This document shows positions 9,696-20,000 of a stretch of 64,000 bases of DNA, one piece after another. This DNA comes from a virus. Its lineage: Duplodnaviria > Caudoviricetes. Position numbers and translations under genes: made by a program. Positions within the stretch are counted from its first letter, which is position 1. Every line of letters begins with the position of its first letter. Location: positions 1 through 64,000 of IMG/VR virus record IMGVR_UViG_2930438282_000004. One strand, 5' to 3'. The notes below the pieces were generated by a model, which was given only the letters and a program-made list of their open reading frames with translations, was not told the origin of the DNA and ran no database searches.

Positions 9696-9877
9696 CCGGG
9701 CCAGAGCACTACCGACGAGGCGAACGCCTCCTCGCACGCTGCACCGAACTCGGCGAGAGCGACCGCCGAGGCAGCGTCGCCACCGAAGCGCAAGCCCACT
9801 TCACAGCCGCGCTCGTCGCGATCCTCGCCGAGGAGAAGTTCCCCGACAGCATCAAGTGGCAGGAGGCCACCCAGTGA
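9692..9877 (+). CDS. Small hypothetical phage protein
   Basis: VTGPEHYRRGERLL...EAQAHFTAAL; GTGA overlaps on both sides. Confidence 0.7.
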   Translation: MTGPEHYRRGERLLARCTELGESDRRGSVATEAQAHFTAALVAILAEEKFPDSIKWQEATQ

Positions 9878-10740
9878 TCGACGGCAAGCGCGTCATCGCA
9901 TGGACCCCCTACGGCCGGGTCCGCACCTACAGCATCCTGATCAAGTACCTGGAACGGGACCTCCAGCGTGGCCTCATCGACGAGGTGTGGGCGTTCATGA
10001 ACACCGACCCCGTCGGGCAAGAGGACGACATCGCTTACGCGCACCAGCTCGCCGAGCAGCACGACTGGTTCCACCTCAAGCACCGGCCCGAAGGCGTCAA
10101 CCTCGGCCACCTCCCCAAGCAGAGATACACCGGCCTCGCCTACCGCGAGATGACCGACCCCAACACCATCTATCTGCGGTTCGACGACGACGTCGTCTAC
10201 ATCCACGACGACGCCGTCGAGAACCTCGTACGCGCCCGCATCGAGATGCCCGCCCCCGTCGCGGTGTTCCCGATCATCATCAACAACGCGGTCTGCTCCC
10301 ACTTCCTCCAGCTCTGCGGGAAGATCCCGATGGAGTGGGGCCAGGTCTCCGCGTACTGCATGGACCCGACCGGCTGGGCCAACGGGCCTTTCGCCGTCCG
10401 GCTGCACGAGCTGCTCCTCGACCACGTCGAAGCCGGCACCGTCGAAGACCTGTACCTGTACCAGGACTTCCCCATCGCCCCTGGCACCCAGTTCTCCGTG
10501 TCCTGCTTCGCGTCCCGAGGGGAGGACTACGCGGCGCTCCCGCAGCCCGGCGTCCTCGTCCCGGACGAAGAGGAGTCCTGGCACACGATCCACCAGCCGG
10601 TCGCGAAGGGCGTGCCGAACATCCTCCGCGGCAACGCCCTGGTCAGCCACTGGTCGTTCTTCCCGCAGCACCCGTTCCTCAACAAGACCACCCTCCTGGA
10701 CAGGTACCGGGAGATCGCAGAGAAGGCGGTAGCAGCATGA
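9874..10740 (+). CDS. Putative GT-A-fold glycosyltransferase
   Basis: YLRFDDDVVYI DxD-type motif, PIIINN, late HWSFFPQ; GGAGG RBS. Confidence 0.65.
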   Translation: MIDGKRVIAWTPYGRVRTYSILIKYLERDLQRGLIDEVWAFMNTDPVGQEDDIAYAHQLAEQHDWFHLKHRPEGVNLGHLPKQRYTGLAYREMTDPNTIYLRFDDDVVYIHDDAVENLVRARIEMPAPVAVFPIIINNAVCSHFLQLCGKIPMEWGQVSAYCMDPTGWANGPFAVRLHELLLDHVEAGTVEDLYLYQDFPIAPGTQFSVSCFASRGEDYAALPQPGVLVPDEEESWHTIHQPVAKGVPNILRGNALVSHWSFFPQHPFLNKTTLLDRYREIAEKAVAA

Positions 10741-10940
10741 GTGCACAGGTCAGCGTCGAGGCAGCCCTGCCCGTTTCCCGGCAGCGCTGCGGTGAGCTCC
10801 ACGACGAGAACCTCATCCTTCGGGCGCGCGTCGCCGAGCTGGAGCAGCAGCTCGGCGAAGCGCAGCAACAGGCACCGGCCGCGCCGTTCAGCCCAGAGCC
10901 TCCGGCCGGCCCTTTGCCGGAGGTCACGCAACACGGGTAA
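10737..10940 (+). CDS. Small coiled-coil protein, last gene of the operon
   Basis: ATGA-coupled; ENLILRARVAELEQQL; overlaps the end of the convergent tail-fibre gene. Confidence 0.6.
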   Translation: MSAQVSVEAALPVSRQRCGELHDENLILRARVAELEQQLGEAQQQAPAAPFSPEPPAGPLPEVTQHG

Positions 10941-11976
10941 GACGTACGTGGGTGCCCGCGAGGAGCCTGGTGGCGTTCGCGGACGAGGCGACCTGAGCCC
11001 ACTGCAAGACGAAGTTGCCCGCCGTGCCGCCGACTGTGAGGTAGCCCCTCACCTGCGCCGTCATCGTCTTGGTGTTGTCCGTGACGCCGCCCAGACCGAA
11101 CGATGTCGAGGTGAGGTCCTGTCCGTCGGTGATGACCGAGCCTGAGCCCGCCGTGGCTGTGCTCGACTGCCCGAAGCAGGACCACTGGAAGGCCGCGCCG
11201 GAAGGCGCCGTCCAGCCCATCTTGAAGTCGCCAGCCGGGTCGGCCGCGAACAGGATCAGGCCGTCCACCAGATAGGTCGCGTTGGCGACGACCGGGAAGG
11301 CGATGTCCGGGTCGGCGGCGAGCGTGGTCGTGCTGGTTCGGCTGGTGGTCGACGCCTTGTACTTCGGCAGGTTCTGGCCGATCCCGTTGACGGTGAGCCG
11401 GCCAGTGACGGTCAAGTCGATGCCGACGGTGAAACTGTCGTCGGTGGCCAGGGTGTTGGCCCCGGACCGGTACAGGTTGACGTCGCGGGCAGCATTCCCG
11501 GGGCCGACTTCGTACTTGCCGTCGGCGTACAGCCGTAGGCGGTCGAAGGTGTCGACGCCCACGATCGCGCTGTACGCGATGTCGCTGGCAGCCGACCGTG
11601 TGGTCAGGAAGTTCGAGTTGCTGTTGAGGGACCCGCCCGAGGTCCGGGTGAGGGTGGCGGCGCCGATGGAGAGACTGGCACTCGCGGACAGCGACAGGTT
11701 CCCGCCGAACACCCCACTGCTGTTGGGGATCTCCACCCACGAGCCGGACGCTGGCGCTGTGCCGTTGCTGTAGAAGCTGCGGCCCGTGTCCGTCTCGAAG
11801 ATCGGCTTCCCGGAGTACGGCGTCGACGGCCGCGTCGATGAGGTGCACGGCTGGAACCCCGCAGCCAGGTCTACGCGGTCCCAGTTCTGGCCGAGGTCCA
11901 GCGGGTAGTTGACCAGCTCGGAGCCGTCCGACTTGGACTTGTACAGGCCGAGCCTGGTGGTGGACGGGTCAGGCAC
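10924..11976 (-). CDS. Tail fibre or minor tail protein
   Basis: GTG 11976 after GGAGG; Ser/Thr/Gly-rich, DVNLYRSGANTLATDD; last gene of the tail module. Confidence 0.75.
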   Translation of the reverse strand: MPDPSTTRLGLYKSKSDGSELVNYPLDLGQNWDRVDLAAGFQPCTSSTRPSTPYSGKPIFETDTGRSFYSNGTAPASGSWVEIPNSSGVFGGNLSLSASASLSIGAATLTRTSGGSLNSNSNFLTTRSAASDIAYSAIVGVDTFDRLRLYADGKYEVGPGNAARDVNLYRSGANTLATDDSFTVGIDLTVTGRLTVNGIGQNLPKYKASTTSRTSTTTLAADPDIAFPVVANATYLVDGLILFAADPAGDFKMGWTAPSGAAFQWSCFGQSSTATAGSGSVITDGQDLTSTSFGLGGVTDNTKTMTAQVRGYLTVGGTAGNFVLQWAQVASSANATRLLAGTHVRLTRVA

Positions 11977-12472
11977 GGTGGTCCTCCAGAGTGGGCGGCT
12001 TGATGGGCAGGTCCCCGTAGCGTCTGATCCAGCGCGTGGTGTCGACGGCTTCGCGTGTGGCGCGGATCCGGGCGAGGTCAGGTCGGTGTCCGGCCCGGAT
12101 GACGTCCAGGCCCTTGGCACCGCGGACGCGAATGCTCATGGGGCACGTCTTGATGCGGCCGAGGTGCGTTTCGCGGGCGACGGTGGTGTTCTCTGCGGTG
12201 AGCAGGTCGGGCCCGTCGTCGAGGTAGCGGGCGCTCGGGGCGTCCTCGCGGTCGACGGTGGGGATGTGATTCTCGTGGAGGATGATCTCCATGAGGGCGT
12301 CTGTGTCCTCGGGGTCGATGCCGTATTCGGCTGCCCGAAAGTCGAGAGCGGCCGCGGGCGTCAGGTGGAAATGTCGGTTGCCATCTCCCTTTTCGATAGC
12401 CACTTCCCAACAGGGCGTGCCGTCTACGACTCGCGCCCTGCTACCCAAAACTGTCCATTGCTCTGGCATCAT
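11969..12472 (-). CDS. Hypothetical tail-module protein
   Basis: AGGAGG RBS before MMPEQW; coupled to the fibre gene. Confidence 0.7.
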   Translation of the reverse strand: MMPEQWTVLGSRARVVDGTPCWEVAIEKGDGNRHFHLTPAAALDFRAAEYGIDPEDTDALMEIILHENHIPTVDREDAPSARYLDDGPDLLTAENTTVARETHLGRIKTCPMSIRVRGAKGLDVIRAGHRPDLARIRATREAVDTTRWIRRYGDLPIKPPTLEDHRA

Positions 12473-12479
12473 CGCCTCC

Positions 12480-15338
12480 TTAGGGAACCCGGTAGCACCA
12501 GAAATTGATCCGCATGCCCTGGGAGTTATTCCAGGCCATGGTGAATCCGGAGCTAGTGAAAGACTGAACTCCCCACACGGTGGGCGTCGCGGAGCCGAAG
12601 TTGCTCGCAACGCACACCGCAACGGGGACCATGTTGCTGTCCATCGTTGGCCCGTAGGTAAGGCTGGCCGATGTGGCAGCACCGAAAACCGTGCTTCCGG
12701 TGAACAGGCCATCGTCGCTGGCTGCGCTGGTGAAGTTGGCCCACGTTCCCGTGTGGGCAGTTCTCCCGCTGAAGAATCTGAAGGTTTGGCTGTCGGGGTT
12801 ACCGGTGTGCCATCCGAAGCGGGCTTGGTTTTCATCGGCGTACATTGTGCCGCCGTCGACTCCACCCCGGTTGAATCCGGCGAAGAGTGCGCCGACTCCT
12901 GCCCACACGTAGCCACCGCGCCGCGCTTCGGTGCCGAGCACGATGGTTTCCAGGCGGGCGAATCCAGGCGTTTGGTAGGTGCGGCTCGCGCAGATTGTTC
13001 CGCCGTCGTCGAATGGGCTGGACTGGACGCCGACAGAGACGTCGGTAGCTGCCGAGACACCGTTGATGAATCCGTAGTCTGTTCCAGTGTTCGCGTAGAA
13101 CCGCATTTCCGGCAGGAACGTGTTGGTCGGGTTGATCTCCAGTCGCTTGCCGGAGGTGCCCGACACCAGCTGGCCGACGATGCTGACGTTGCCGGTCGCC
13201 GCGTCGGCGAACAGGGTCCGCGTCCCGGCCGCATCGAACAGCTCGTATCCGTCGGCGGAGATGCGGGCCCGAGGCCCGGTGTCGGCGGTCTTGATCTCGC
13301 CCGCCATCACCCACGACGCCGTGATGGTGCCCGCGGTGACCTTGGAGACGGTGAGGTCGGAGATGTGCGCGTCGTCGATCAGCAGCGCCGTGGCTGTCGC
13401 CGCATCGGACGGCCCGGACTTGTTGCCGGTCTTGTCGACCGCGACGACCCTCACGTACCGGGCGCTGGTCTCCTCGACCTGCACGGTGAACACGACGGGG
13501 ATCTGCGCCTGGATCATCCCGGCGTTCGCTGGCGTCTTGCCCTTCAGGGTGGTGGAGTCCGGGGTGAACGTCGGCTCGTAGGAGACGTGGACTTCGAGGT
13601 GGTCGAGGTCCGATTCCAGGTTGAACGTCCCACCGCTGCTCTTGCCGAGCTGGTGTGTGACCTGCACTGCGATCCGTGACCCGGCCACTGTGGGCGCGGC
13701 CGGGGTCGATGGTGGGATGTTGTCCGTGGATGCCACGAACGTGGTCACCGACGACCAGGCCCCGGTGTTGCCGGTCTTGTCGACGGCCCGGATCTGGACG
13801 TCGTAGCCGATGCCGGGGGAGAGGTCTTGGAGCTGCGCGGTGGTGGTGTCCCAGTTGACGACCATGGTCTGCCACTGGCCATCGGGCGCCGCGAACGGTT
13901 GAGCCCAGATCTGCAAGTCCTGCCAGCGGACCTGGGACACGGCTGCCCACGTGGCCGGGTAGATCATGTCGGTGTCGACGGCGTACCGGATCTCGTAGTG
14001 ATCCCCGTCCAGGACCGTCGAGCCGTCGACGTTGTTTGGGGCGTTCCACGACAGCACTACGCGGGCCCGTGTGAAGCCGCGGGCGTCGAGGTAGGCGGTG
14101 CCGGTGAACGGCTCGATGAACGTCGGCTGCCCGGGCACGCTGGTGTCCTGGTTGGGGCGGGAGCCGAGCTCCTCCCCGGTCGAGGTGAGCGCCCGGTCGA
14201 ACCCGCCGACCGTGACGTACGTGCCGGCGTCCGAGGTCTGGACGTGGTCGGTGAGGTCGAGCCACACACCAGCCGCGGTGCGGTAGGCGACGGTGTAGTC
14301 CGCTGTGACGCCCCAGCTCAGTTCGGTGACCTGGAGCTTGATGGGGTTGAGGCGCTGCCCCCGGAACGTGATCTCGATGTTGGGGTTGAACAGGCCCTTG
14401 TCGGGGTCGTAGGCGTACAGGTAGTCGCCGAGCTTGAAGCTGCCCTCGACGTCGTAGTCCTGGATGTTCAGCCGCAGATCCTGCTTCGGCGACACGAACT
14501 GCGACAGCGCCAGCTGTGCGCGGGCCTCGGCGTTCCCGGACGCCGTGTCCGACTCTGACACCAGCCGCGTCAGCTTCACCGCGTTGCCGTGGATGTCCTT
14601 GTACGCGGTGGCGGGGGAGATGTCCGCCGTGCCGGTGGCGATACTCGAGCCTTCGCCTTCGGCCAGCAGCACCACCCGCGTCGTGTAGTCCTCGACGTCC
14701 CCGGCGAGGTCGAGGCTGCCGGGGATGCCGCGCATGGCCATGTCGTCACCCGAGCCGCGCGCCACGACCGTGCACGTCGGCGTCGTCACGAACAAGTCGG
14801 ACTCCGGCCCCGCGTCCAAGGTGCCGTCACCGTTGACCCGCCACGACACCGGCACGCTGGTGGTCGACATGGTCTGGCACACGTACTGGATGGCCTCGCG
14901 AGGCGACTGCCACTGGTGCGTGCCGGAGTACTGGCCGGCCACCGGGTAGAGGGTGCCTTCGGTGACGGCCCCGGACGACGGGAGCAGCATGCGGATCGTG
15001 TCGGCGAAGGTGGCGGAGGCCGGGGCGACGGCGTTCTCGTACACCGAGCCCTTGTTGTCCTGGTCGCCGAGCCACATAGCCATGCCGACGCCGCTGATCT
15101 TGACGTTGTCGTTGGGGATCTTCGTGCGGGCGTCGTCTGCAAGGGAGTTGCCGGTGAGGACGCCGACGTAGCGGGCGCTCGTGAGGAGGTTGTCGCCGTA
15201 CAGGGTGGGGTCGACGCGGCCTCGGATGATGGCGACGTGCCCGAAGTACTGGAGGGCGTCGAGGGTTTCGCGGGGGATGGTGGGCAGTAGGTCGATCTCC
15301 CACTGCCCGAGCGCGTTGAGGGACTCCTGGACGGTCAT
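12480..15338 (-). CDS. Minor tail or central fibre protein with fibronectin-III domains
   Basis: YDVQIRAVDKTGNTGAWS, YVRVVAVDKTGNKS, ISDLTVSKVTAGTITA. Confidence 0.85.
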   Translation of the reverse strand: MTVQESLNALGQWEIDLLPTIPRETLDALQYFGHVAIIRGRVDPTLYGDNLLTSARYVGVLTGNSLADDARTKIPNDNVKISGVGMAMWLGDQDNKGSVYENAVAPASATFADTIRMLLPSSGAVTEGTLYPVAGQYSGTHQWQSPREAIQYVCQTMSTTSVPVSWRVNGDGTLDAGPESDLFVTTPTCTVVARGSGDDMAMRGIPGSLDLAGDVEDYTTRVVLLAEGEGSSIATGTADISPATAYKDIHGNAVKLTRLVSESDTASGNAEARAQLALSQFVSPKQDLRLNIQDYDVEGSFKLGDYLYAYDPDKGLFNPNIEITFRGQRLNPIKLQVTELSWGVTADYTVAYRTAAGVWLDLTDHVQTSDAGTYVTVGGFDRALTSTGEELGSRPNQDTSVPGQPTFIEPFTGTAYLDARGFTRARVVLSWNAPNNVDGSTVLDGDHYEIRYAVDTDMIYPATWAAVSQVRWQDLQIWAQPFAAPDGQWQTMVVNWDTTTAQLQDLSPGIGYDVQIRAVDKTGNTGAWSSVTTFVASTDNIPPSTPAAPTVAGSRIAVQVTHQLGKSSGGTFNLESDLDHLEVHVSYEPTFTPDSTTLKGKTPANAGMIQAQIPVVFTVQVEETSARYVRVVAVDKTGNKSGPSDAATATALLIDDAHISDLTVSKVTAGTITASWVMAGEIKTADTGPRARISADGYELFDAAGTRTLFADAATGNVSIVGQLVSGTSGKRLEINPTNTFLPEMRFYANTGTDYGFINGVSAATDVSVGVQSSPFDDGGTICASRTYQTPGFARLETIVLGTEARRGGYVWAGVGALFAGFNRGGVDGGTMYADENQARFGWHTGNPDSQTFRFFSGRTAHTGTWANFTSAASDDGLFTGSTVFGAATSASLTYGPTMDSNMVPVAVCVASNFGSATPTVWGVQSFTSSGFTMAWNNSQGMRINFWCYRVP

Positions 15339-15342
15339 CCGG

Positions 15343-16998
15343 TCACCGCCTCACCGCGTAGGTCGCCTCTGGCAGGCAGGCGATGTACTGGTTGCGCAGG
15401 TCGAGTGCCGCGTCCCCTGGTGGTGTGGATGGGCGTAGGCGGATGTCGTCGCCGTGCAGGAGCACGCCGGCGCCGGGTGTCCCGCCCATGACGAAGAGGA
15501 TGGTCGCGAAGGCAGCGCTTGCGGGTGCGGTGAAGTTGGTGTCGACGAAGTACCAGGCACCGGATGCGGGGGCGGCAGTGTTGCCCAGCGTGGTGATGTA
15601 CGTCTGAGCGGCGTTGTACCAGTTGACCTGGATGCCTGCGCCCGAGGGGATCGCGGCGGGGGCGTAGAGCCAGCCGGAGGCGCGGTAGCTCTGCCCTGCG
15701 ATCACCGGGACTTGAGGCGTTGTCTCGGCCCTTGGGGAGGCACCTGCGGTGGAGGTGAGGAGCCCGGACCAGCCGCCGTACTTCGCTTGCGCGCTGGATC
15801 GGGTGAGGGTGGCGTTGGTGGTGGCCCAGCCGGACGTGTCGATCTCGAACGTCGGGTTGGGATTGAGGGTCGGTCCGCTGGCGACGGTGCCGATCCAGAA
15901 GTCCAGGGCGGTCACGGCGGCCTTGGTGATGCCGCCGTTCGCATGCGCGGTGAAGGACCGGGCCGAGCCGATGACGAACCCGTTGCCGTCGGTGTCGTCT
16001 CCAGCAGCGGTGACATACCCGGACGCCGCGAAGCTGGTGTTGGCCTCCAGCGTGCTGCGGTAGGCGGCGAGCGTGTTGGAGGCGCCGGTCTGGAGGTAGC
16101 CCTCGACGAAGCGGGAGCCGCGCCGCAGCGACAGATCGAGGGTGGCCCGGCCCGGGTTGAGGCTCTTGGTGAGGCGCAGGATCGTGTGTTCCGGGTCGTT
16201 GCGGAGCAGCGATGCCGCGTCCCACGAGGTGATCGACGCGGCCGAGCCGGCCACGGACACGTTCCACAGCTTCGAGTGCCACGCCCCGCCCGTGTACGCC
16301 TGCACGTCCAGCGAAGCGGACGCGGACGGGGTGATGTTGACCAGCCCGTTCGACAGCGACCACGCGGCGGGAGGGACGGCCCGCTCGGTTCCCTCCAGCT
16401 CGATCGGCGCGGCCGGTGTGGTGGTGTCGGTGACGCGGACTCGTCCCTTGAGGTAGTTCGTCGGGTCGCATCCCCAGCGGGGGACGACGCCGGTGGGCAC
16501 GCTGCGGTAGACGGTCATGGCGCCGTCGGCGCCGGTGCGGGTCATGGTGGTGGGGTTCGAGGGGCCGGTGTAGTAGCCGAAGTGGCCGATGGGCGGGGCG
16601 TGCCAGCGTTCGCCGGTGAGGCCGAAGTCGTTGATCCTCACGACCCCGGTGAGCCTGGACTGGAGGTCGACTTCGCCGACGGAGCCGAGTCGGTCGAGGG
16701 CGATTGTCCAGTCCGCGGTGAGCATGTCGTTGCGGTACTCGTTGAGGGTGCTGGCGCACGACGACACCTGGTAGTAGCCGTTCCGCTCAGGCTTGTCCGT
16801 GAAGGTGACGGGCACGGGGCTCTGGGCTTCGAGGGCGTTGATGTTGTCGTGGACGCCGACGAGCTGCGCGCGGGTGAGCGGCGGCATGGACTCCTGCCCC
16901 GCGAGGTTCAGGTTCCGGTTGCCGCCCTGCTCGGCCGCGGTGAACGTCTCCCGCAGCAGCGTGCGGGAGAGCTGGATGCTGCCCCAGCCGAATGCCAT
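15343..16998 (-). CDS. Distal-tail-like minor tail protein with a carbohydrate-binding-module-like domain
   Basis: Directly after the tape measure gene; LNPNPTFEIDTSGW...HGDDIRL segment. Confidence 0.75.
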   Translation of the reverse strand: MAFGWGSIQLSRTLLRETFTAAEQGGNRNLNLAGQESMPPLTRAQLVGVHDNINALEAQSPVPVTFTDKPERNGYYQVSSCASTLNEYRNDMLTADWTIALDRLGSVGEVDLQSRLTGVVRINDFGLTGERWHAPPIGHFGYYTGPSNPTTMTRTGADGAMTVYRSVPTGVVPRWGCDPTNYLKGRVRVTDTTTPAAPIELEGTERAVPPAAWSLSNGLVNITPSASASLDVQAYTGGAWHSKLWNVSVAGSAASITSWDAASLLRNDPEHTILRLTKSLNPGRATLDLSLRRGSRFVEGYLQTGASNTLAAYRSTLEANTSFAASGYVTAAGDDTDGNGFVIGSARSFTAHANGGITKAAVTALDFWIGTVASGPTLNPNPTFEIDTSGWATTNATLTRSSAQAKYGGWSGLLTSTAGASPRAETTPQVPVIAGQSYRASGWLYAPAAIPSGAGIQVNWYNAAQTYITTLGNTAAPASGAWYFVDTNFTAPASAAFATILFVMGGTPGAGVLLHGDDIRLRPSTPPGDAALDLRNQYIACLPEATYAVRR

Positions 16999-17000
16999 GG

Positions 17001-20000
17001 TCAGCGCCTCCTGGAGTTTTCGAGCTTGCGGAGCACTTCCTTCATGGGGTCGGCGATCGCCTGAGCGAAGCGCTCTGCCTCGGCGTCCGTCGGAAGCGAC
17101 ATCGACTTGACCTCGACCGCCATGTGGACGTGGACGTCGCCGCCGCTACCCGCCGTGCTGAGTCCGGCCACCAGGCTGCGGAACGCCTCGTGCTCCTCGG
17201 CGGTGAGGATCGCCTCGGGCTTCCGCGTCTTGTTGATGGCCAGCGTCGCGCCCGGCTGAAGCAGCCCGCCGGAGTCGTACTTCGCGGCCGGGGCGAAGCC
17301 CCACCGCGAGGTGAACAGGCTGTCGCGGTACGAGCGCGCCCGGGGGCCGACGATGACGCCGGCCCCGCCGCGGCTCTCCACGTTGACGCCCGCGATCGTG
17401 CCTGCCGTGTGGCCCACGCCGGCATTGGTGATGCCGATCATGAACGGGGAGTTGAGGTTCCGCACCCAGCCGGCCGGGCCGTTGTTCCCGACGAACGCGC
17501 CGGTCGCCCAACGTCGGTGCGGGGACTGGCCGCGGATCACGGACTCGATCGCGCTCATGAACCCGGAGCAGTCCCACGATGGGTTGCCGTTGCCCGCCCA
17601 CTGGTAGGGGAGGCCGTTCTGGGTCTTCGCCCACGCGAGGGCCCGCTGTACGGCGGGGCCGCCGACGGCCTTCTTGTCCTCCTTGCCGAGGAAGCCGAGC
17701 ATGCCGTCGAGGGCGCGGTTGGACATGTCCTTCATTAGGGAGCCGACGCCCCCGGCCGGGATCCGGCCGATGAGCGGGCGCACCAGCGAGGAGATGGCCT
17801 TCTGTGCGGCTGCCTTGAGGCCGCCGATGACGAGATCCTTCGTCCAGTCGACGGCGCCTCCGATGGCCCCTCCGATCGCGTTGGTGACGCTGCCGACGAT
17901 GCCGCCGGACGCGAAGTGCTGGGTGCCGCCCTGGTAGCGGCGGCGCTCTTCCTGGCGGGAGGGGTTGCCGCCGGTGCTGGTGGGTCGGTCCTGGCCGAGG
18001 AGGGCGTCGATGCCGCGGTGTCCGCCGAGCTGGGTGACCTGCTGCTTGGAGAGGATGCGTTCGCCGGGGGTGAGCATGGCGGGGACGGTGTCGGTGTTGC
18101 CGGTGCCGGGGACGACGCCACCCTTGTTGAAGCCGAGTGAGATCGACGGCAAGGTCAGCTTGCTGTTGATTTTCCCGGCGATGGTGTTCCACATCTTCCG
18201 GATGCCTGAGTTGTACACATTCGAGATGACCCATTTCACGGGGGTCGCGAACTTCGACTGGATGCCGGAGAAAAGGCTTCCGGTTCCGTCGCGGAGGGCC
18301 TTGACCGCGTTGAGCATGCTGGTCTTGAAGTCGTTGATCTTGCCCCGGAGCGTGGTGAAGATGCTGGTCACCTTGGAGACCGCGCTGTCCCACAGGCCGT
18401 TCCATGTGTTTGCGAACGACGTCCGCAGCCCAGAAATCCAGCTCATCACCGACGTCTTGGCGCCGGTGAACTGCTTCCACAGCCCGGCCCAGAAGCTGTC
18501 CCACTTCGTGCGGGCGCCGTTCCACAGGCTGTTCCAGGTGTTGATGACCCAGTTCTTGAGCTGGTCGAAGATCTGCTTCGTCTTCGTCCACAGGTTGGTG
18601 AACCAGTTAATGATCGCGTTGACGAGGTCGGGGATGATGCTGTGCCCGACGAGCACGTCGTAGAGCCACTGGAACTTGCTGACGACCCACTGGACGCCCT
18701 TGGTGATGGCGTCCGTGAACTTGGTGATGGCGCCGATCGTCAGATCCAGCGCAGGCACCAGCGTTGTGATCGCACTCGTCAGCACGCCCGTCAGCAGCTG
18801 CGCCAGGCCGACGATCAGCGGCAGCAGCGGCACGATCACCTGCATGGCCAGGTTCAGCAGCGACACCGTCAGCTGAGCGATCGGCGGGATCAGCGGGAGG
18901 ATCGCGAGCAGCAGCGGCGGGAACAGGGGCGCGAGCTGGGCGAGGAACCCGCCGAGCATCTGCACGATCGGCACCAGCGCGCCGATCACCGGCATCAGCC
19001 CCTGTGCGAGAGCTGCGATGAACGGCGCCAACTGCGCGCCGAGAGCGGAGATCATCGGCGCCAGGGCCTTGATGATCGCCCCGATGAGGTTGCCGATCGG
19101 CTGGAGCAGCGGCATCACCGCCCGCACCAGCTGGATGATGATGTCGCCGACGTTCTTCAGGATCGGCAGCAGCGCGGAAATGATCGGCGACAGCGCCTTG
19201 CCGAGGACCGAGGCCAGCTCGACGAGGACCGGCCCGAACTTCTCCGCCAGCTGCTGCACGACGGGCGCCAGAGAGGCAAGCAGGGGCAGCGCAGCCTGGA
19301 TGACTGCGCCGAGGGTGCCGGCCACCAGCTTGGCGATCGCGTTGATCGCGCTGAAAATCGACGTGAGGGCCTTCTGCACCTCGGGCATCGCGGTGATCCG
19401 GCGCAGCTCGGCGAACACCGCACCGAGCGTCCCGAGGGCGTCCCCGCCGCCGGCCGCCGCCGCCTTCATGACGTTGCCGAGCGTCCCGAGGACGTCGCCG
19501 ATCAGGTGGCCGAACTGCTTACCGATGTCGATGGCCTGATCGATGATCTTTTCGAGGTGGCCGTTCTCGAAGGCTTTCGTGAGTTGCTCGCTCAGGCGCG
19601 TCGCGAATCCGCCCGCTGCGGTGGTGAGTCGCTTGAAGGCAGGAGCGGCGGCGATGCCGAGCTGGGTGATGCCGGTGAGGAACTGGCCCGGGATCTTCGA
19701 CAGTGGCGCGAGTCCGCCGTTGAGTCCGGCGAACAGCTGCTTCAGCATGCCGGTCTTGCCGAGGTTGGTGACGGCGTCGAACGCGTTCTTCGCCATCGTG
19801 TTCAGGATCCCGGCCGTGCCCGTGAGTCCCTGGCGCAGCGACGGCAGGATCGCCGTGGACAACTGCGTGAACTTCTGTCCCAGCCCAGCGAAGAGGGCGT
19901 TCTGCACGTCGAGCTTGAGGGACCGCCACGCCTCGCGCTGCGCGAGGACCGCATTCACGAACGCCCGCGCGCTCGGCGCCAGTTTCGCCAGCGCATCCGC

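Noticed and set aside
10924-13120. Diversity-generating retroelement or invertible tail-fibre switch
   Set aside because: No reverse transcriptase, invertase or template/variable repeat pair was seen in the window.
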